24,277 bases of DNA from assembly GCA_021545595.1 (NCBI GenBank), contig JAJRVG010000054.1, positions 1 through 24,277 on the forward strand, in the 5' to 3' direction. The stretch comes from Zetaproteobacteria bacterium (lineage in GTDB: Bacteria > Pseudomonadota > Zetaproteobacteria > Mariprofundales > Mariprofundaceae). Made by a program: the position numbers and the translations under genes. This document shows, in pieces, positions 18,333-24,277 of this stretch (the stretch's first letter is position 1; each line of letters begins with the position of its first letter). Below the pieces are notes generated by a model. That model did no database searches. It was given only the letters and a program-made list of their open reading frames with translations, and was not told where the DNA came from.

Positions 18333-18366
18333 ACTGTACAACTCATTTGTGACATATATGTGTCAT
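18333..18366 (-). promoter_or_regulatory. Pho box and -10 element of the pstSCAB-phoU promoter
   Basis: The minus strand reads ATGACAC-ATAT-ATGTCAC (11-bp-periodic repeats resembling CTGTCAT), then 10 nt, then TACAGT. This matches PhoB-dependent promoter geometry. Confidence 0.8.
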
Positions 18367-18595
18367 TCGGGTAAATAAAATATCTCTTCAATACAGGCTG
18401 TCGATTAATAAACGGACTGTAACCGAAGCCATGCAGGTCGTAGGCGTCACATGGCCTGTTTTTTTGTCACGATATTTACTGTTGCAGGTTCAAAGTGCTG
18501 CTCATGGGCTCAGCGCTGTCTTGAACGAACGGCCACTTTTGGTGGTGGCCTTAGTCGACAGTGGGCATTTGTCTGCAAATGTAAGGGGTAGGGGG

Positions 18596-19249
18596 TTAAA
18601 TCCGTTCTGCCAGGCTGGTTAGAACCTTCGAGGTCAACTGCATGAACTGTTTGACCGGTTCAGGCAGAGGGGCTGCTCCCAGGCCGTGGGCCAGATCTGC
18701 ATGTCCCTGCTCATCAACCTTCATCTGCTCAACAATAGCAAGGCTTCTGCAGTCACTCTCAGGCAGGCGTTCAAGATGGCTGTCCAGATGACGAACTACC
18801 TGCTTTTCTGTCTCTTCCAGGAATCCGAGGTTCCAGCGGTCGCCTGCAACTCCGGCTGTGATTCCAATAGCAAATGAGCCTGCATACCAGAGTGGATCAA
18901 AAATAGAGGGACGTTCGCCCAACTCATCAAGTCTTCGACGACACCAGTTCAGGTGATCGCTCTCTTCAACAGAGGCATGATATAACTTATCTTTAAGTGA
19001 TGGGTCCCGGGCTGTGAGGCTCTGTCCATGGTAAAGTGCCTGTGCAGCCATCTCTCCGGCATGGTTGACTCGCATCAGGGCTGCTGCCTGCTGTTTTTCA
19101 GTGGCTGAAAGTGCAGTGTCATCACTGGATTTTTCTGCAGGGTAGGGGCGCTGAGTCGACTGTTTGCAAAAGATATTGTTCAGCGCCTTATCAACGTGCC
19201 CGACCAGGCTGTCTGCGAGTGAAAAGTGGCGGATTTCATGGCTGCTCAT
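18596..19249 (-). CDS. coq7: 2-polyprenyl-3-methyl-6-methoxy-1,4-benzoquinone monooxygenase (di-iron, Coq7)
   Basis: MRVNHAGEMAAQALYHGQ, EESDHL.WC..RL, GFLEETEKQVVRHL and MKVDEQGHA motifs. Start set at ATG 19249; the track's 50-aa extension runs through non-coding DnaA boxes. Confidence 0.94.
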   Translation of the reverse strand: MSSHEIRHFSLADSLVGHVDKALNNIFCKQSTQRPYPAEKSSDDTALSATEKQQAAALMRVNHAGEMAAQALYHGQSLTARDPSLKDKLYHASVEESDHLNWCRRRLDELGERPSIFDPLWYAGSFAIGITAGVAGDRWNLGFLEETEKQVVRHLDSHLERLPESDCRSLAIVEQMKVDEQGHADLAHGLGAAPLPEPVKQFMQLTSKVLTSLAERI

Positions 19250-19319
19250 ACGACGAAATCTACGCTTGAAATTTTTCCTCGCAACCCCTAACCACTGATA
19301 AAATAAAGAGTTAGAAGAT

Positions 19320-19532
19320 GCATCCACAGAAGTTGTGGATAACTTCGTGGATAACTTTCGGTTTTTATTACAGCAATATGACAAAATGAATAACTGCAAG
19401 ACAATGACTAAAAAATAGGCACTCCTATTATTTCATTTATATCAATATGTTACACGATTATTGTTTTAGCTTCTACGCAGAAAATATTGAAAGCGGCCCG
19501 TTTCTCTTTTTTACCGCATGAACGGTGGATAA
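19320..19532. promoter_or_regulatory. DnaA-box cluster element, copy 2 (DARS-like): boxes at 19320-19328, 19334-19342, 19346-19354 and 19524-19532; Fis-consensus site 19406-19420; IHF-consensus site 19440-19452
   Basis: GCATCCACA-gaagt-TGTGGATAA-ctt-CGTGGATAA, then GACTAAAAAATAGGC, TATCAATATGTTA (matches WATCAANNNNTTR) and GGTGGATAA. Confidence 0.7.
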
Positions 19533-19539
19533 CATCTTG

Positions 19540-20832
19540 TTATTGTTGGAAACAAAGGGATTTCGCCACCTCTTCTCCGCGCAGCACGGCTGCCTCAATG
19601 GTTGCAGGGAAATCACCGGGAAGGGGCGCTTCAGAGGCATCAATGATCATGCCAATGTTCATGCGCTGGTGTTTGGCGTTTACCAGTACCGTTGCACGCT
19701 GTTCTATGACAATTTTACTATGAATTGGTTGCACTGTTTCAATACCCGACAGCATGGCCAGCTCCTCACAGATAATCTGAATCAGCTCAGCCTTATTACC
19801 GGCCTCCTCAGCACTACCGGCGGCACTGATTACAGCGCAGATATGTTGTGCACCGTCTCTCGCTGTCTGTGATGAGACATTGAAGTACCACTGGCCTCTG
19901 GTGCCGATGCCACCAATCAGTGAGTCAGGAAGCGGGATATCAGCTTCAAACCAGAGGTGAACATTGGTGATCGGACCTGTTTTAACAGGCTCTTCAACGC
20001 CCAGGAGCCTGTTTCGTGCGTAGGCCGGCAGTGCGATTATCACGTTTCGGTACGGGCCCGTGGTGTTCTGGCTGTTCTGACTGGTATGGAGTTGGCAGCT
20101 GTTGCCTGCCTGTTCAATGCTTCGAATGGTTGTGCCGGTAAAGATGGAGCCTCCCAGACTCTGAAAACGTTGCTCAAGTGGCTTGATCACTGCTTCCGAG
20201 AGTGGCTTGTTGAACCAGCCAAGTCGTGCATGATCGTGGCTGGCAAATGCCTCACGCAGAACAGAGGCAAAGCTGTTGCAGTCTGCACCCTGCATCGGCT
20301 CATTCATCACGCCCAGACATAGTGGCTCAATCAGATCACGTTGCAGTGCGGGAGATATCTTCTCAGCTTCCATCCACTCTTTGACCGTTGCCACAGCTAC
20401 CTTTCTCCCGCTTCGATCCTTCATACTCCGATCAAGACGAAGCAGGCTCAGAAGGCTATCGACGTGGTGGCCGGGAAGCCGGTAGAGGGCTGCCATAAGT
20501 GCCAGTGGAAATGGCAGATATGGTGATGGAGCGAGGCAGAAGTGGCCGCGTTGCTCATCCCAGAGCGAAAGTTTCAGTGATCGTTGCCAGGTGATATTAC
20601 CATCTGCGCCAATGCTCTCCAGCAGTCTGCGTGTGGCCTTGTATGCTCCGATTAGGAGATGAGGGCCGTTATCGACCCACTCATTGACTCTACTGTCGTA
20701 AAAAGAGCGTGTACGCCCCCCCAGTGCGGGAGCTGCCTCATAGAGATGAACATCATGACCCTTCTCAGCCAGTCGGATGGCAGATGTCAGTCCACAGAGG
20801 CCGCCTCCGATAATGGCAATGGGGTATTTCAC
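19540..20832 (-). CDS. hpnE: Hydroxysqualene dehydroxylase (FAD-dependent)
   Basis: IIGGGLCGLTSA...EAAPALGGRTRSF, DNGPHLLIGAY and PATIEAAVLRG motifs; follows hpnCD. Confidence 0.9.
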   Translation of the reverse strand: MKYPIAIIGGGLCGLTSAIRLAEKGHDVHLYEAAPALGGRTRSFYDSRVNEWVDNGPHLLIGAYKATRRLLESIGADGNITWQRSLKLSLWDEQRGHFCLAPSPYLPFPLALMAALYRLPGHHVDSLLSLLRLDRSMKDRSGRKVAVATVKEWMEAEKISPALQRDLIEPLCLGVMNEPMQGADCNSFASVLREAFASHDHARLGWFNKPLSEAVIKPLEQRFQSLGGSIFTGTTIRSIEQAGNSCQLHTSQNSQNTTGPYRNVIIALPAYARNRLLGVEEPVKTGPITNVHLWFEADIPLPDSLIGGIGTRGQWYFNVSSQTARDGAQHICAVISAAGSAEEAGNKAELIQIICEELAMLSGIETVQPIHSKIVIEQRATVLVNAKHQRMNIGMIIDASEAPLPGDFPATIEAAVLRGEEVAKSLCFQQ

Positions 20833-20848
20833 CGGTTCATATCCTGAA

Positions 20849-21730
20849 TCAGAGTGCCAGACGGACCGGCCGGGGGACGTCAGCTTTCATGGCCCTCTTT
20901 TCATAGTGCCAGGTGCGCCATGCAATCCAGATTTTCTGCAGTGGTGATATATGTGCCGAGTGTCGCCATGAGTCAAAATTGTGACCCTTTAGCCGTTTGA
21001 ACTGTGTATAGTAGATTGATGCCATCAGCAGAGAGGGGCGAAGGCTCTCCCGATCCTCTTCGGGAAGCTGCTCAAGTGCATTTTTGTACGCAGACTCAGC
21101 TTTCTCTCCGTAGTGTTGAAGCAGGGCAGTCATACCTTCACTGATGTTGCCCTCTTTAAAATCCTGATCGGTCACTTTAAAGCGGATACGATCCTCCTGG
21201 GGCAGGTAGATGCGGCCGATTGCGGCATCCTGCTTCAGATCACGCAGGATATTGGTCAGTTGCAGCGCCTCTCCCAGTGATGTCGCAAAGTTACGTGCTT
21301 TTCGGGACCTGTACCCGAATATTTCGATTGAGAGCAGGCCAACCACACCTGCAACCCGGTAACAGTAGAGCGACAGGTCTGAACTTTTCAGCATCGGCTT
21401 GCCACTGATATCCATCAACATGCCATCAAGAACTTCAATAAAGAGCTCCTCATCGAGAGAGAAATGGTTCTTTGCCCACTGCAACTCCCTGCCAACAGGG
21501 TGCTGTGGCTGGCCACTGAATGCACGATGAAGCTCCTCTTGCCAGAAGTGGATCTTCTGCATGGCAACTTCCTCTTCGCTGATCTCATCGGCAATGTCAT
21601 CAACCTCTCTGCAGAAGGCGTAGAGAGCCATCATGGCCCGCCTCTTATCCTCTTCCAGAAAAAGGAATGCATAATAGAAGGATGATCCCGACCCCCTGGT
21701 TTTCTCTTCACAATATCGGGAGGGGTTCAT
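20849..21730 (-). CDS. hpnD: Presqualene diphosphate synthase
   Basis: SGSSFYYAFLFL, YAFCREVDDIAD, YCYRVAGVVG and ALQLTNILRD...GRIYLP motifs. Confidence 0.92.
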   Translation of the reverse strand: MNPSRYCEEKTRGSGSSFYYAFLFLEEDKRRAMMALYAFCREVDDIADEISEEEVAMQKIHFWQEELHRAFSGQPQHPVGRELQWAKNHFSLDEELFIEVLDGMLMDISGKPMLKSSDLSLYCYRVAGVVGLLSIEIFGYRSRKARNFATSLGEALQLTNILRDLKQDAAIGRIYLPQEDRIRFKVTDQDFKEGNISEGMTALLQHYGEKAESAYKNALEQLPEEDRESLRPSLLMASIYYTQFKRLKGHNFDSWRHSAHISPLQKIWIAWRTWHYEKRAMKADVPRPVRLAL

Positions 21731-22632
21731 ACAATCTCCATGCTTAGTGGTCTGGATGGTCGTAGTGCTGTGACAAGGATGCTGCCTGCCAGACGATACC
21801 AGTGGCCGCTGCTCAGGGCAGGACGCTTGTTCAACGGATCTTCCAGTTGCGTGGTTGCCTGAAGGATGGCCATACCGCCATGCAGTGTCGCGGCAATCTG
21901 AAGCCTTAATCTGAACGGAAGCAGGGGAAGAATCTTCGCCCCCTCCTGAAACAGCTCCCAGGTCACCGCATAGGCCTCTTCCAGTGCAGGCCTAAGCTGT
22001 TCAGATGAAAGCTCGCCATGAATAACATCTTCACTGCTGAATCCCGCCTTTTCAAGCCACTCCTGTGTCAGGTAACAGCGGCCATTGGGGATATCACGCT
22101 TCAGATCCTGCCAGAAGTTGGTCAACTGCAGTGCGGTGCAGAGTGCGTCGGAGTAGTGCTGTGCCTTAGCATCTGTAATACCGTGCAGGGCAAGCATCAG
22201 GCGGCCCACCGGGTTGGCTGAGTGCTTGCAGTAAAACATCAGCTCATCCCGGGTTGCATAGGAGTGGATAGAGACATCCATCCGGAATGCGATCAGAAGA
22301 TCATGCAGTGATTCGACCGGAAGATGAAAGGCGTTGATTGCATCGCCAAGCGCAAGAAAGACAGGGTGATCGACCTGCCCGTCTGCGCAGCGCTCAAGCA
22401 GGCTCTCCCATGCATCAATCTGTTTTAGACGTTTATTTGCGGGCGCATCGCCCTCATCAGCCATATCGTCAGCGGCACGGGCAAAGGCATAGATGGCAGC
22501 AACAGCAGGGCGAAGTTTCCGACGGATCAGGCGCGATGCCGTTGGAAAGTTTTCATAATGCTGTTGTGCGATTCTCATACAGTACTGGTATGCTTGAGCT
22601 GTGGTCAGCGTTCTGGCTGTGGAAGAGGGCAT
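21727..22632 (-). CDS. hpnC: Hydroxysqualene synthase
   Basis: HYENFPTAS, YAFARAADDMADEG, YCKHSANPVGRL and ALQLTNFWQD motifs; ATGA overlap with hpnD. Confidence 0.93.
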   Translation of the reverse strand: MPSSTARTLTTAQAYQYCMRIAQQHYENFPTASRLIRRKLRPAVAAIYAFARAADDMADEGDAPANKRLKQIDAWESLLERCADGQVDHPVFLALGDAINAFHLPVESLHDLLIAFRMDVSIHSYATRDELMFYCKHSANPVGRLMLALHGITDAKAQHYSDALCTALQLTNFWQDLKRDIPNGRCYLTQEWLEKAGFSSEDVIHGELSSEQLRPALEEAYAVTWELFQEGAKILPLLPFRLRLQIAATLHGGMAILQATTQLEDPLNKRPALSSGHWYRLAGSILVTALRPSRPLSMEIV

Positions 22633-22741
22633 GGGAGAGCATGTTAAGGGCTTGGTGAATGTTTGGAAATCACTATTTTAAGATGGATGAAATGGCCGGT
22701 CTGAGAATCTGTAACCATATTTGTGAAGGGGGAGGCTGTTT

Positions 22742-23884
22742 ATGCATGTAGCTGTTGTCGGTGGTGGAATTATCGGATGCCTGACAGCCTGCTATCTGAA
22801 GCAGCTGGATGTCGATGTTACGCTGGTTGAGCGTGGTGAGACGGGCCGGGAGTCCTCCTGGGCCGGTGCCGGTATTCTCTGCCCCATCCATCCGTGGCTC
22901 TATCCTGATTCGTTTACCCATCTGATTGATGCAAGTCTGGCCATCTACCCCGGTTTTCAGGCCGACATCGAGGCCAAAACCGGCATCTCCATCGAGTGGA
23001 AAAAGTCAGGTCTGCTGATTCCTTTTTTTGATGATGACAAGATCGACCACTGGCAGGCAGCCATCGAGTGGTCAGAGAAATTTGACTGGAAGGTTGAGCA
23101 GTTAAACACGGCAGAGACACTGGAGCATGAACCGAGCCTCTCATCACAAACCCAAAAATCACTGCTATGGCCGGAAGTAGGGCAGTTGAGAAACCCTCGT
23201 CTGTTGAGGGCTGTACGGGTATTGATGGAGCAGTTGGGTGTCACCACTGTTGAACATGCGGAGGTAACATCACTGCTCAAAGTTGAAGATCGGGTCTCCG
23301 GTGTGGCGTGTGCCAATGGCCGAAAAATTGAGGCCGATCAGGTGTTGCTGGCCGGAGGTAGCTGGTGTGGTGAACTGGCCAGGCAGATGGGCTTTGAGCT
23401 TCCTGTGCAGCCGGTGAAGGGGCAGATCGTGCTTCTCAGGGGTGAAGCGGGATTGATGCACTCTATTGTGAAGCATGACGATGCCTATTTTGTTCCGAGA
23501 GTCGATGGCCGCATCCTTGTCGGCGCCAGCATGGAGTATGTCGGTTTTGAACGTGGCACTACCGATGAGGTGATCGGTCAGTTAATGGCATCAATGGCCC
23601 GCATTGCACCGGGTCTGAAGGGGCTTGAGGTGGAGCAGAAGTGGATGGGATTCAGGCCGGGAAGTCCGGACGGCATGCCATTTCTTGGCCCTGTAGCGTC
23701 AATGCCGGGGCTATGGGTGGCCTCCGGCCACTACCGCAACGGCGTGGCGCTGGCACCGATCACGGCAGAGATTATGAGCCAGTGGATGGTTGGCAACGGG
23801 CCTGAAATGGATATGTCCACCTTTGCTGTTGATCGCCCTGTGGATAATTCTGCAACAGTTGGCTTTCCCGAGAAGGTGGCCTAA
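22742..23884 (+). CDS. thiO: Glycine oxidase (thiamine biosynthesis)
   Basis: VVGGGIIG, ESSWAGAGIL, QLRNPRLL, PVKGQ and W.GFRPGSPDGMPFLG...GHYRNGVALAP motifs. Confidence 0.88.
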   Translation: MHVAVVGGGIIGCLTACYLKQLDVDVTLVERGETGRESSWAGAGILCPIHPWLYPDSFTHLIDASLAIYPGFQADIEAKTGISIEWKKSGLLIPFFDDDKIDHWQAAIEWSEKFDWKVEQLNTAETLEHEPSLSSQTQKSLLWPEVGQLRNPRLLRAVRVLMEQLGVTTVEHAEVTSLLKVEDRVSGVACANGRKIEADQVLLAGGSWCGELARQMGFELPVQPVKGQIVLLRGEAGLMHSIVKHDDAYFVPRVDGRILVGASMEYVGFERGTTDEVIGQLMASMARIAPGLKGLEVEQKWMGFRPGSPDGMPFLGPVASMPGLWVASGHYRNGVALAPITAEIMSQWMVGNGPEMDMSTFAVDRPVDNSATVGFPEKVA

Positions 23885-23904
23885 TCTTTGCCAGAGGGGT
23901 AGCT

Positions 23905-24057
23905 ATGAATCAGAAAGAACATGTACCAAAAAGTAATCTTGCATTCGGCATCTGGAAATCCCGAAATCTTGATGGCATAGCGTATCAGAAAAAACTTCGT
24001 GCCGAGTGGGATAGCCATTTTCTCGCCCAAAAAATGGCCTTGAAGGAAGATAAGTAA
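23905..24057 (+). pseudogene. Small ORF or remnant resembling the C-terminus of RHH/CopG-type antitoxins that pair with PIN (VapC) toxins
   Basis: Manual translation, 50 aa: MNQKEHVPKSNLAFGIWKSRNLDGIAYQKKLRAEWDSHFLAQKMALKEDK, with a GAGGGG RBS. The AFG.WK.R..DG..YQ..LR.EW motif is recalled from that antitoxin family, not searched. Not in the ORF track. Confidence 0.55.
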
Positions 24058-24125
24058 TGTATCCCCGAAACCGCCAAACAAGATCTGACATCTTCGCTCT
24101 TCACTTCCTCTGTTTTATGAGTTAG

Positions 24126-24277
24126 TCAGTCCCATTGAGGAGTCTGAGTCAGATATTAACGAAGCTTACAGTTGAAACAGCCCTTGGTGCTGAGATGGAA
24201 GAACACCTTGGCTATGGTCGCCATGAACGTAGTGATCGAGATAATTATCGTAATGGCCATTCCAGTAAACGTTTAAT
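24126..24277 (+). mobile_element. IS256-family transposase, N-terminal fragment (runs off the window, 5' end apparently damaged)
   Basis: The frame reads LSQILTKLTVETALGAEMEEHLGYGRHERSDRDNYRNGHSSKRL, the typical IS256 (AL.AE...HLGY...N.RNG) N-terminal motif. There is an in-frame TAG at 24123-24125 and no ATG before the motif. Confidence 0.85.

Noticed and set aside
19250-19399. 50-aa N-terminal extension of Coq7 in the ORF track
   Set aside because: It translates the DnaA-box region. Coq7-like sequence starts near ATG 19249.
23839-23847. Perfect DnaA box TGTGGATAA within the 3' end of thiO
   Set aside because: Isolated, inside coding sequence, and without the triplet or flanking motifs.
23881-24091. 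Minus-strand ORFs 23881..24081 and 23903..24091
   Set aside because: No motifs, and they are antisense to the plus-strand antitoxin-like ORF.
1-24277. CRISPR arrays, tRNA and rRNA genes
   Set aside because: No regularly spaced repeats, cloverleaf structures or rRNA-like segments seen in any intergenic region, including around pgsA where tRNA genes often occur.

Overview
Mostly core chromosomal DNA from a proteobacterium. A Zetaproteobacteria/Mariprofundus-like origin is my impression only and was not verified. Genes in order: riboflavin synthase (3' end runs off the window and is missing from the ORF track), HIT protein, serC, an AT-rich two-gene insert, an unknown ORF coupled to rnd, serA-hisZ-purA, a cold-shock protein, an Fe-type alcohol dehydrogenase, pgsA, trmL, pstSCAB-phoU with a clear Pho-box promoter, coq7, hpnCDE, thiO, a toxin-antitoxin antitoxin remnant and the start of an IS256-family transposase. 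Two things are not explained by this gene list. (1) Two intergenic regions 7 kb apart (12331-12544 and 19320-19532) are diverged copies of one ~215-bp cis-element. Each has a DnaA-box triplet (inverted pair plus a co-oriented box, 5- and 3-bp spacers), an AATATGAC block, a Fis-consensus site, an IHF-like site and a fourth DnaA box, at identical or near-identical offsets. This resembles DARS (DnaA-reactivating) architecture. (2) An AT-rich insert after serC encodes two unrelated proteins that each carry an R-X5-H HEPN-type RNase motif, a candidate tandem-HEPN defence or toxin cassette.
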